Source: a bacterium (GTDB taxonomy: Bacteria; Patescibacteriota; Microgenomatia; Daviesbacterales; UBA10151). From it: DNA of 64,000 nucleotides. Numbering within the stretch: position 1 is the first letter of the stretch; the number at the start of each line of letters is the position of its first letter. This document shows, one piece after another, positions 38,625 to 47,113 of the stretch. A program made the translations under genes and the position numbers. The notes under the pieces are model-generated. The model was not told where the DNA came from. It searched no databases and was given only the letters and a program-made list of their open reading frames with translations. The stretch lies in the NCBI GenBank assembly GCA_021786315.1, contig JAJYNN010000003.1, positions 67,360-131,359 on the forward strand, written 5' to 3'.

Positions 38625-39545
38625 AGTCTTGGCATAATAAGATCTTCCCTTGGAATCATGGTAATAATAAAGGTAAGGGGTAGATGGATCAGCATTGGCC
38701 ACGGCCTCCAAAGACGACAGGCTGGGATTACAAATCGGTGCCGGAGGCAGCCCGGCGTTAAGATAAGTATTGTAAGGGGAGTCAACTTTCAAATCCGCCG
38801 CTGTTAAATTCCTTTTCCACCACGAGCCTTCGGAACTTTGGTATCCCAAAACGTACTGGATCGTGGCATCGGCATTTAAAGCCATGCCAATCTTATACCT
38901 TTTCAGGAGGATGCTGGCAACCATCCGGCGGACTTCATCAGACCGGGCTTCCCTCTCCACAATCGAGGCTAAAATTACCCCCTGGGCCGGAGTTAGACCC
39001 TGAGCTTTAACCTTTTTTTGCAAAGCAGCATCATACCTTTTATCAAAGTTATCCCGCATTATTTGGGCAATCTCCGGCGGAGTGGCTTTGGGATCAAATT
39101 GGTAAGTGTCAGGAAACATATAGCCTTCTTTTGCATCTTGAACAAACTCCGTCGATTTAATACCCAGCTCTGCCCCCAACTTTTCCCCCATCTCCTCTAC
39201 CCGCCAGCCTTCAAGAAGAGTCACTTTTTTATCGATCATGCCTGATCTTAAATTTTGCAAAATTTCCCCGGCACTCATTGAGGGGGATAATTTAAAATTC
39301 CCGGCTTGGATACTCCCGGTATTCCCGCTTCTTTTAACTAGAACAGTAAAGGCGTTTGCTGAACGGACCAAACCTTCCTTTTCCAAATCTTTGGCAATTT
39401 CGACAGTTGCCTCACCGGGGCGAATCATAAATAATTTGGTTCCCTTATCCGCACTATTTACCGGGGAAAGCAAAAAACCGTAGTACCACTTCAATCCGCC
39501 AAAAATTACCACTAAAAAAATAACCAGAAGATAGAAGCGTTTCAT
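38586..39545 (-). CDS. mltG: Endolytic transglycosylase MltG (YceG family)
   Basis: N-terminal TM, EGYMFPDTY, LASIVERE, SPYNTY..GLPPAPICNP. Confidence 0.95.
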   Translation of the reverse strand: MKRFYLLVIFLVVIFGGLKWYYGFLLSPVNSADKGTKLFMIRPGEATVEIAKDLEKEGLVRSANAFTVLVKRSGNTGSIQAGNFKLSPSMSAGEILQNLRSGMIDKKVTLLEGWRVEEMGEKLGAELGIKSTEFVQDAKEGYMFPDTYQFDPKATPPEIAQIMRDNFDKRYDAALQKKVKAQGLTPAQGVILASIVEREARSDEVRRMVASILLKRYKIGMALNADATIQYVLGYQSSEGSWWKRNLTAADLKVDSPYNTYLNAGLPPAPICNPSLSSLEAVANADPSTPYLYYYHDSKGRSYYAKTLEEHNQNVANHP

Positions 39546-39549
39546 TGGT

Positions 39550-39939
39550 TTATCCTTTTGTCTCATCAAGATATCTTTGTAAAATAATCGCCGCGGCAAC
39601 TGCATTGTCTTCCCGGCGGGCTTTTTGGCCCATCCCCATCTCGATCATTGTCCTTTTGGCTTCCTGGGTCGAAAGTGTCTCATCCGCTAAAACCACATCC
39701 GCTCCCTGTTTTCTTAAGGCTTTGGCTACATCTTCGACAATTTTACCCATTTTGCCCTCCGGTTTCCCTAAAATTAGCTGCTGGGCTTTTTCCTCAACAG
39801 CCACAGCCATAACCTTGGCTACTGCTTTATCAAAACTATTGGCCTGAACATTGAGTGTACCTAAAGGAGAAGCGACCTCACCCTCAGAAATTGCTAAACC
39901 AATTCTATTTAAGCCCCAATCAACTCCTAAAAATTTCAT
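39550..39939 (-). CDS. ruvX: YqgF/RuvX family nuclease
   Basis: LGVDWG..RIGLAIS, DETLST.EA, AAAIILQRYL. Confidence 0.93.
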   Translation of the reverse strand: MKFLGVDWGLNRIGLAISEGEVASPLGTLNVQANSFDKAVAKVMAVAVEEKAQQLILGKPEGKMGKIVEDVAKALRKQGADVVLADETLSTQEAKRTMIEMGMGQKARREDNAVAAAIILQRYLDETKG

Positions 39940-39963
39940 ATCCCGTTAAGGTTAAACCAAAAT

Positions 39964-42366
39964 CTATTTGGGGGCAACATTGATATTGATATTTTGATCC
40001 AGGAAAGGAATCCTGGCAAACTTTGAAGGCAGGGAAGGACTAAGTTCAATATCCGATCCAATTGCGTTGTTTAGGCTCTTAAGCCTGTCCGCTACCTCAG
40101 CAAAACTCTTACCCCGGATATCCTTTTTAATCTGCGCCAAATCATACTTTGGCATCATTTTTGCCTTAAACCGGGCAGTAAATACCAACCTGCCGTCTTT
40201 TTCCACCTTGGTAATGTCTGCCTGGGTCTCAGTATCCTGCAAGTCCAACTGGTACCCGTCAGGCACATTAGTTTCCACCAGCTTGCCCACAATCGACCTT
40301 AAATCATTATCGGAATAGGCGGTGCCTTTAAAGCGGACGGTGGCGTTAAGCGAAAACTCGCTGGCAGCATCATTGACCTGCTTACTGTAACTGTACTTGG
40401 CATCCACTATCGATAGTCCCTCCGAGATAATCTTTTTGTCCCCGGAAAGTTTGCCCTTTAAGGCTTCCACGGCTTTGGTCCGCAGATCATCCAAAACCTG
40501 AGCCTGTAATTTCTTTTGGTCATCAGAGGTGACCACAGTGACTGTTTTGGAAGTTCCGCCGGAAAGTGCATCGGTAATCATCGCCGTGACTTGTGACTTG
40601 GAATAACCTGAAACAGAAAGCCCGTTATTGGTATCTGAGCTTGCAGGCAGGTTGCTGTCGGGCCCTATCGCCGCTGCGGTAATCCCTACCGATTCCGTCT
40701 TTCCCGGCTTGATAACTGTTGTCAAATCCGCTCCCAGCGTTGAGGACTGGGAAGCAATTTTTGCTGAGGAATCCAGAGTAAACTTCAAACCGTTATTGGC
40801 GGTTAAGGTTGTGCCCTGGGAAAGTGAAACCGAGGAATTTGTCATATTATAGAGAGTAACCTTTCCTTTGGCGGGATCACCGATTTGTTTACTTCCTGTA
40901 GCTGACCCTTTACCTGATCCGTCGACGGTTGTTTCCACAGTTGTACCGGGAATAATCTTTTTTTCCTCATCCACGCTGGTCGCCTTAGGGTCGGCAATAA
41001 CTTGGGTGTCTTTTTCTAAAATTTTGGGCTCCACAAAAATAGTGACATTGGCCTTAACCAAAAACACATACGCCAGTACTACCACCAGGAGAAACACCGG
41101 GATCAGAACCAGCTTTCCGGCTGCAGATCCCTGGATTTTTTCCACAAAAGGCATCACCGGCCCCAAGGCAACAGAGGCTTTATTAAGTATTGAAGAAACA
41201 GGAGAATTTTTGCCTCCCATGTGGTGTTTCCCCTCCATTCCCTCAGGAGCAACAAGGTTGGCATCCCGGTGGGAGGAAACAGGCAAATGCATCTCTTCCT
41301 CACTATAACGGTCACCTTCCGCAACTTTGGGTTCCATAAGCTCATCCTCATCCAATGCCTCCATTTCCTCCTCCATCCCCACCATCTCATCCTCTTTCCT
41401 TACCTCATCTAACTCACCGGCAAACTGATCCACCGACTCACCGATTTCATCCGATTTATTCCGATCCCTAATGTCCCCTTTAACAAAACCCAAATCCTCA
41501 TCAGGCGCAACCGCTTTAGCCCGGGAAAGCATGGGCTTGGCCGGGTGTAATGCTTTGGGGCCGGAAGCGGGGGCAGCAGCTTCTTGTTTGGAAACAAAAC
41601 TATGCTTTAAATCAACCTCCGGATTTAGTTCAAAAGCGGCGGAAGAGATAATTGCCCGAAGAGGCGCCTCCTCTTCTAAAATGTCTATCTTGGGAAAGTG
41701 CAGAAAAGGAAGCTTGGAAACCCAGGGATAAGACATTAGGTCATCATGGATCTTGTTTAAGTTCTCCTCTTTTTTGGTGGAATAAAGAAGGATTCTTGAG
41801 GGTAGTACTTCAACTTCGGTAAACTGACTTAGAACTTTCTCCACATCATCAAAAAGGTGGTCTGTCCGTTTGGCTGAACGGGTTTCAGCAATTTTCCCTC
41901 CCCTGATTAATGTGGCTTCCAGGGATTCACCAACCCCAAACAAAATAACTGTCGGCGGTGCTCCCTCGCCTTTTTGTAGGGCAAAGGATAGAGCGTTGGT
42001 GGTGGTGACAAAAGCCAAAGCTTCCAGGTCGCATTCTTTCAAAATCTTTCTTAAAAGCTTTAAATATGGCTCCTTGAGGTTATCATCCAAACTCCAGCTG
42101 TCGGGAACACCGAAAAGGACCTTCTGCGGCTCAATTTCTAAAACCCCCAAGGCTTTATCAAAAGCCTGCAAAGATTTTTCCAGCAAGTCCTCATGGTCGC
42201 TATAAGCGAAAGTGGCTGTGCCTAAGATATCAACCTCTTTGCCAAAGATTGCCCAAACTGCCGCAGTCACTTCAGTCAAACCAATATTTAAAGCAAGGAA
42301 ATATTCCGAATCTTCGGTTTTAGGTTTAAACGGAAGCTGGGCAGTTATTTTGTCTAAGAAACTCAT
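39964..42366 (-). CDS. Membrane protein: degenerate FtsA/PilM-like N-domain, acidic linker, TM and baseplate-J-like C-domain
   Basis: N-terminal FLALNIG..V.AAVW...ILG and VLFGVP; TM LVLIPVFLLVVVLAYVFLV; C-terminal AKGKVTLYN..GTTL..GLKF..AAAIGPDSNL..LSGG. Confidence 0.65.
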   Translation of the reverse strand: MSFLDKITAQLPFKPKTEDSEYFLALNIGLTEVTAAVWAIFGKEVDILGTATFAYSDHEDLLEKSLQAFDKALGVLEIEPQKVLFGVPDSWSLDDNLKEPYLKLLRKILKECDLEALAFVTTTNALSFALQKGEGAPPTVILFGVGESLEATLIRGGKIAETRSAKRTDHLFDDVEKVLSQFTEVEVLPSRILLYSTKKEENLNKIHDDLMSYPWVSKLPFLHFPKIDILEEEAPLRAIISSAAFELNPEVDLKHSFVSKQEAAAPASGPKALHPAKPMLSRAKAVAPDEDLGFVKGDIRDRNKSDEIGESVDQFAGELDEVRKEDEMVGMEEEMEALDEDELMEPKVAEGDRYSEEEMHLPVSSHRDANLVAPEGMEGKHHMGGKNSPVSSILNKASVALGPVMPFVEKIQGSAAGKLVLIPVFLLVVVLAYVFLVKANVTIFVEPKILEKDTQVIADPKATSVDEEKKIIPGTTVETTVDGSGKGSATGSKQIGDPAKGKVTLYNMTNSSVSLSQGTTLTANNGLKFTLDSSAKIASQSSTLGADLTTVIKPGKTESVGITAAAIGPDSNLPASSDTNNGLSVSGYSKSQVTAMITDALSGGTSKTVTVVTSDDQKKLQAQVLDDLRTKAVEALKGKLSGDKKIISEGLSIVDAKYSYSKQVNDAASEFSLNATVRFKGTAYSDNDLRSIVGKLVETNVPDGYQLDLQDTETQADITKVEKDGRLVFTARFKAKMMPKYDLAQIKKDIRGKSFAEVADRLKSLNNAIGSDIELSPSLPSKFARIPFLDQNININVAPK

Positions 42367-42439
42367 TGGAAACAGCTGCCTGAATTAGGCAGCAGAATTA
42401 TTATATACAGTGTATCACAAATGGGGAAGTTCTGTAGAG

Positions 42440-42476
42440 AACAAAAGGGGCCGAAAACCTCGGTCCCCCTTTTGTT
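42440..42476. terminator. Bidirectional intrinsic terminator
   Basis: AACAAAAGGGG-CCGA...TCGG-TCCCCCTTTTGTT. Confidence 0.8.
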
Positions 42477-42588
42477 TTTACTAACAACACCTAGAAGGAA
42501 TCTCTTCAACTCCTTTCAGGTGACAAGGTCCCACAAAGGTAGCAGATCTAGAATACCCCTTTGGGCAAGCCCACGCATGCTTGTGGAC
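42440..42588 (-). ncRNA. Candidate ~150-nt structured small RNA of unknown class
   Basis: Preceded by TTGACA-18 nt-TATGCT (42595-42624); three hairpins plus a terminator; no credible ORF. Confidence 0.5.
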
Positions 42589-42695
42589 ATTTTCAGCATA
42601 TGACTATCAATATATCTTTGTCAACTACGTTCAGTTTACAGGAACGTAGCCAAATGGTTGTTTTAATGTCTTCGAATTTGTTATACATAACTAAG

Positions 42696-42962
42696 ATGGC
42701 TAAAACGTTCTTTACTGCAGATGAGGCAAAACAAATTGGAGAGTCACTGGGAATAGACTGGAGCCGCTTTGATGTGGAACAATTCCGGATGGGTTTGGAT
42801 GTGGAACTTGAGCACGGCACCGTCTCCCCTTCCACTAATGTCACCAACGATGACCCAATTCTAACCGGCAAGATTGCCTTGGCTCACCTTAACGAGTACG
42901 CCGACTATTACACCCGTTTGGCCAAACTGGAGAAAGAGGCTGAAGAATTTTGGGGGAAATAA
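42696..42962 (+). CDS. DUF5661-like protein
   Basis: FDVEQFRMGLDVELEHG...TGKIALAHLNE..DYYTRL. Start moved to ATG 42696. Confidence 0.85.
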   Translation: MAKTFFTADEAKQIGESLGIDWSRFDVEQFRMGLDVELEHGTVSPSTNVTNDDPILTGKIALAHLNEYADYYTRLAKLEKEAEEFWGK

Positions 42963-42995
42963 AAGGTTGTCCCAAATGTGGTATAATGCCACACA

Positions 42996-43250
42996 TTGGA
43001 CAACAGTAATTCACCCCGTAAATGTTTTAGCTGCGGATCTGACCTGATTTTGATCGAGGTTACAACCTCGACGTTAGGTAATAATCCTTCACCGATCACC
43101 AAAAGCACTTACCGCTGCTCAAATAAAGAGTGCCAGGAAGAGTCAGAAAAAAGAGCTGCCAAAAAAGAGGAGCTCAGGAAAGAACAGGAAGAGGCCCGTA
43201 AAAACCGCATGGCCGCCATCCATAAATCCATCAACCTCAAGGACGCCTAA
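42996..43250 (+). CDS. Small Zn-ribbon protein with charged coiled-coil tail
   Basis: CFSCG ... YRCSNKEC; TTG start 8 nt after TGGTATAAT. Confidence 0.7.
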   Translation: MDNSNSPRKCFSCGSDLILIEVTTSTLGNNPSPITKSTYRCSNKECQEESEKRAAKKEELRKEQEEARKNRMAAIHKSINLKDA

Positions 43251-43660
43251 CCCGGGCCAATAACCCCATTGATATAAAAATCCCCGTCGGGGGTAAAAAG
43301 CTTACCGGTATTGTCCGCTGCAAGCGCTCCGCGCAGCTCCAATGGTCCAATTCTGGCAGAGGATGAAAAGTCTATATACTTACCATCCTGACCTAGCTCC
43401 TGGTTCATATACCAGGGGGAAACCGCCCAAATCCGGTCATGGTTACCGCCGCTTATTCCTCCGGCAACTTTCACATCCCCAATCTTAAATGCCACTCCCA
43501 CACCCGCCGATGCCTCTGTGATCACAACCAACACCAAACCAACAGCTGCAAGTAAAGCTAATCCTGAACACCCGATTCCCGGAATACACCCCCGGCGTTT
43601 TTTAATCTCCACCGTTTCATATTCATAAGGGGCTTCATAATATTCGTCTTCTTCCCTCAC
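43247..43660 (-). CDS. Hypothetical single-pass membrane protein
   Basis: KKRRGC followed by a hydrophobic helix; GTG start 6 nt after TACAAT. Confidence 0.65.
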   Translation of the reverse strand: MREEDEYYEAPYEYETVEIKKRRGCIPGIGCSGLALLAAVGLVLVVITEASAGVGVAFKIGDVKVAGGISGGNHDRIWAVSPWYMNQELGQDGKYIDFSSSARIGPLELRGALAADNTGKLFTPDGDFYINGVIGPG

Positions 43661-43735
43661 CCTTCAATTGTAGGTTGAACCAGATTTTGAAGCAGTAATC
43701 TTAATCACGATGTTTCATGATGATATAATCCTCTC

Positions 43736-45514
43736 ATGACATCAAATGAGTTAAGGCAAAAATATTTGGATTTTTTTAAAAGCAAAGGACACAAAGAAAT
43801 TCCTTCTGCTTCCCTAGTTCCGGAAAATGATCCCACAACTTTATTTACCAGCTCCGGTATGCAACAACTTATTCCTTATCTTAAAGGACAAGCCCATCCT
43901 GAAGGAAAAAGATTAACTGATTCCCAGCCCTGTTTTCGGTCCCAGGACATTGAAGAGGTGGGTGACAACCGTCATACAACCTTTTTTGAGATGTTGGGCA
44001 ATTGGTCTTTGGGTGATTACTTCAAAAAAGACCAGCTAACATGGTTTTGGGAATTTTTGACCCAGGAATTAAAGCTTGACCCAGACAAACTTTATGTTTC
44101 TTATTTTGAGGGCGATGATCAGATTCCTGAAGATACGGAAACCAAGAATATTTGGCAGGAGTTGGGAATTCCCGAAAACCATATCTATGCTTACGGAACC
44201 AAGAAGAACTGGTGGTCGCGCTCCGGAACTCCGGAAGAAATGCCGGCAGGGGAAATTGGCGGCCCTGATTCCGAAGTTTTTTATGAATTTACTCAGATAG
44301 AACATGATCCAAAATACGGCGAAAAGTGTCACCCTAATTGTGAATGCGGAAGGTTTTTAGAGATTGGCAACTCTGTTTTTATCCAATACGAAAAACAGGA
44401 AAACGGAACATTTAAGGAACTTCCTCAAAAAAATGTTGATTTTGGTGGAGGGCTGGAAAGAATTACAGCAGTATCAGTTAATGAACCTGACATCTTTAAA
44501 ATAGACCTCTTCTGGCCAATTATTGGAAAAATTGAGGAACTTTCCAAGAAAAACTATTCTGACCCAAATGAGCAAAATCCAATGCGAATTATTGCCGACC
44601 ATATCAAAGCTGCTTTCTTTTTAATTGAGTCAGGAGTCCAACCAAGTAATAAATTACAGGGATATATTCTTAGAAGATTATTACGAAGGGTAATGGTAAA
44701 ACTCAACCTTTATACTAAGGACCAAAGACCATTTTTAGGAGAATTGATTGATGCTGTAGCTGAGATATATCGAGCAACCAGCTATTTTCCAGAACAGGGC
44801 GAGGAGCTGGTTAAACAAGTGGTATGGGAAGAATTAGCAAAATTTGAACGAGCACTCGCTCAAGGTTTAAAAGAAATCGAGAAAATTGAAAACATAACTG
44901 GAAAGCTTGCCTTTGATTTATTCCAAACCTATGGTTTTCCCTTGGAACTTACAGAAGAGTTGGCAAAAGAAAAGGGGCTGGAGATTGACCGGGAAGAGTT
45001 TCGGCAAGAGTTTGAAAAACATAAAGAATTATCCCGCACCGCTTCGGCCGGGATGTTTAAGGGAGGGTTGGGAGAGCAATCGGAAGTTACAACTAAATAT
45101 CACACTGCCACACATTTACTCCATGCTGCACTCAGAAAAGTTTTAGGGGAGCACGTCCAACAAAAAGGCAGCAATATTACCGCCGAAAGGTTGCGTTTTG
45201 ATTTTTCCCAGCCGGAAAAAGTTTCCGAAGAACAGCTGAAAGAAGTTGAAAACTTAGTTAATGAACAAATCCAAAAAGATTTACCGGTCACCTCTGAAGT
45301 GATGGACAAAGAAGATGCTTTAAAGTCCGGGGCTTTGGGATTCTTTACTGAAAAGTATGGGGACAAAGTGACTGTTTATACCATCGGAGACTTCTCCAAA
45401 GAAATCTGTGGCGGACCGCACGTTAATAACACCAAAGAGTTGGGAAACTTTAAAATTATCAAGGAAGAATCAGCCGGCGCCGGTGTCAGGCGTATTTACG
45501 CTGCTTTGTCTTAA
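43736..45514 (+). CDS. alaS: Alanine--tRNA ligase (short form lacking C-Ala)
   Basis: DPTTLFTSSGMQ, HTTFFEMLGNWS, DFGGGLER, editing motifs HTATHLLH and CGGPH. Confidence 0.97.
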   Translation: MTSNELRQKYLDFFKSKGHKEIPSASLVPENDPTTLFTSSGMQQLIPYLKGQAHPEGKRLTDSQPCFRSQDIEEVGDNRHTTFFEMLGNWSLGDYFKKDQLTWFWEFLTQELKLDPDKLYVSYFEGDDQIPEDTETKNIWQELGIPENHIYAYGTKKNWWSRSGTPEEMPAGEIGGPDSEVFYEFTQIEHDPKYGEKCHPNCECGRFLEIGNSVFIQYEKQENGTFKELPQKNVDFGGGLERITAVSVNEPDIFKIDLFWPIIGKIEELSKKNYSDPNEQNPMRIIADHIKAAFFLIESGVQPSNKLQGYILRRLLRRVMVKLNLYTKDQRPFLGELIDAVAEIYRATSYFPEQGEELVKQVVWEELAKFERALAQGLKEIEKIENITGKLAFDLFQTYGFPLELTEELAKEKGLEIDREEFRQEFEKHKELSRTASAGMFKGGLGEQSEVTTKYHTATHLLHAALRKVLGEHVQQKGSNITAERLRFDFSQPEKVSEEQLKEVENLVNEQIQKDLPVTSEVMDKEDALKSGALGFFTEKYGDKVTVYTIGDFSKEICGGPHVNNTKELGNFKIIKEESAGAGVRRIYAALS

Positions 45515-45792
45515 GATTTTCTCTTAAAAAGAAGCTTTTTGGCAGGTTTGTTTTGGACAATTGACTTGACGGCCTTCACCCCGGTTTCCACTACCTGGGT
45601 CACCTCAGCCGCCGCTTTAATCGGTTTACTGACATCCTCGGCAATGTTCTGGGCATCACCCAAAAGCTCCTCAAATTTATCCAGGGATTTCCTTAGTTCC
45701 TTTAAGATCATAAACACCTGGATACCCAAAATTGACATGATGACCGAAAGAAGGAGAATTAAAAAAACTAGGGCAATCTGTAAAATGTCCAT
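45511..45792 (-). CDS. Small membrane-anchored coiled-coil protein (DUF948-like)
   Basis: N-terminal TM followed by an amphipathic helix. Confidence 0.65.
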   Translation of the reverse strand: MDILQIALVFLILLLSVIMSILGIQVFMILKELRKSLDKFEELLGDAQNIAEDVSKPIKAAAEVTQVVETGVKAVKSIVQNKPAKKLLFKRKS

Positions 45793-45816
45793 GGTCTACA
45801 ACTTAACATCTATCGG

Positions 45817-46455
45817 CTATCTTTTCAAGTACACCGTCCTCTCAACTTGAGATTTTTGGCCGAATTTAGAGACAGCGGAAATCTCGATTTTATTGACCGG
45901 AGAAGAAAGAGTAATCTCTTCCTTAAATTGTCCGTCAACATTTACAGGAATCTCCTGCCCGTTGACGGTCACTTTTGCTTCCTGTTCAGTCTCTCCGGCA
46001 ATTTGTAAAGTCGGATTATCAATCGTGAGCTGGTCAGCGGGAGAAGAGATCTTAAGCTCCGGAGCGGAGGCAAAACCGCGGTATTGGATCCAAAGATAGG
46101 CAAAAAAAGCAAGAATCACCAAAGCCACTACCCCGCCTAAAAGCCTTCCTGGAGTAAGCTTTAATCTTGAGACAGAGGGCGGCTTAGAAAAAGCATTCAT
46201 CACATAAGGCTGATGCCTTCTCTCGGAAAACTCCCTTCTATAGATTGCTAAAAGCTTTTGGGAATCTAGTCCTAAAAACCGGGAATAGTTTTTAATAAAT
46301 CCTTGGACAAATGTTGTGGGAGGTAATTTTGAGTAATCGTCAGCCTCCAACGCTGCCAATAACTCTTTTCTGATTTTGGTAGCTTTTTCAATTTCGTCGA
46401 GGGTATAAAACTTTGCTTCCCGGGTTTCCCTTAAAATTGATCCTACCGTACGCAT
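45817..46455 (-). CDS. RodZ-like HTH membrane protein with a C-terminal Ig-like domain
   Basis: VGSILRETRE..TKIRKELLAALE...FVQGFIKNYSRFLGL, TM, beta-rich C-terminus. Confidence 0.85.
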   Translation of the reverse strand: MRTVGSILRETREAKFYTLDEIEKATKIRKELLAALEADDYSKLPPTTFVQGFIKNYSRFLGLDSQKLLAIYRREFSERRHQPYVMNAFSKPPSVSRLKLTPGRLLGGVVALVILAFFAYLWIQYRGFASAPELKISSPADQLTIDNPTLQIAGETEQEAKVTVNGQEIPVNVDGQFKEEITLSSPVNKIEISAVSKFGQKSQVERTVYLKR

Positions 46456-46564
46456 GCTTAAAATTATACCATCTTAAGGCTATATCTTAAGTGTACCAGT
46501 AAGCCCCGGTATTATCTAAAAAATCTCCCTTGACGGTAAGCGCACTTCTGCCTAATATGGTCAC

Positions 46565-47113
46565 ATGCCAGATACTGCCGATCAAAAACCCAATCTTCCG
46601 CCTCCCCAAGGGGAAAAAGACCAGGCCGAGAAATATCTCGACAAGCTTGCTAATTTAATTATCCATAACAAAATCCAGGTTTCCCATACTGATTTAAAGA
46701 AATTCGACCTTACGTCTTTGCAGGATCACTACACTATCCCTTTAGATGGCTACGAGGTGGAAGTCAGCCATACCAAACAACCGGACACCGGCAAAGATTT
46801 CTTCGTCATGCTGTTTAATAACATCCGCATGGTCCAGGCCGACGGGGCTAGCTGCATCGATAAATTGATTCTGGCCTATATCCATCTAACGGAAGAGCAA
46901 TTCAGAAAGTTTAAAAGGGTTGCTGATGATCAGCTGGAAAGAAAAAGGCGGGAGGAAGAAGCTCAAAGGTTTGAGGAAGCAATGACCCCGGTGGACAGCC
47001 TATTATCCAGATTTGCGGAAAATTCAGCTAAACCTTCATTCCAGACAAACAATCAGGAACAAAGGCCCCAAGCAACCCCGGCCCCCGTTAATAATTTCTC
47101 TGATAATTTTTAG
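46565..47113 (+). CDS. Hypothetical protein
   Basis: 182-aa ORF with TTGACG-17 nt-TAATAT ending 6 nt before the ATG. Confidence 0.7.
   Translation: MPDTADQKPNLPPPQGEKDQAEKYLDKLANLIIHNKIQVSHTDLKKFDLTSLQDHYTIPLDGYEVEVSHTKQPDTGKDFFVMLFNNIRMVQADGASCIDKLILAYIHLTEEQFRKFKRVADDQLERKRREEEAQRFEEAMTPVDSLLSRFAENSAKPSFQTNNQEQRPQATPAPVNNFSDNF

Noticed and set aside
39964-41100. Baseplate-J-like domain as evidence of a prophage or type VI secretion system
   Set aside because: There are no other phage, sheath, tube or integrase genes, and the domain is membrane-anchored within a housekeeping context.
42363-42509. 48-codon minus-strand ORF (TTG start) running through the terminator and overlapping the ATG of the 800-aa gene
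   Set aside because: The SD-like GAAAGGAG abuts the TTG with no spacer, the ORF crosses a strong terminator, and the peptide has no recognisable features. Probably chance.
43736-45514. AlaRS lacking the C-Ala domain as a possible pseudogene
   Set aside because: The catalytic and editing motifs are intact, and short AlaRS forms occur in reduced genomes.
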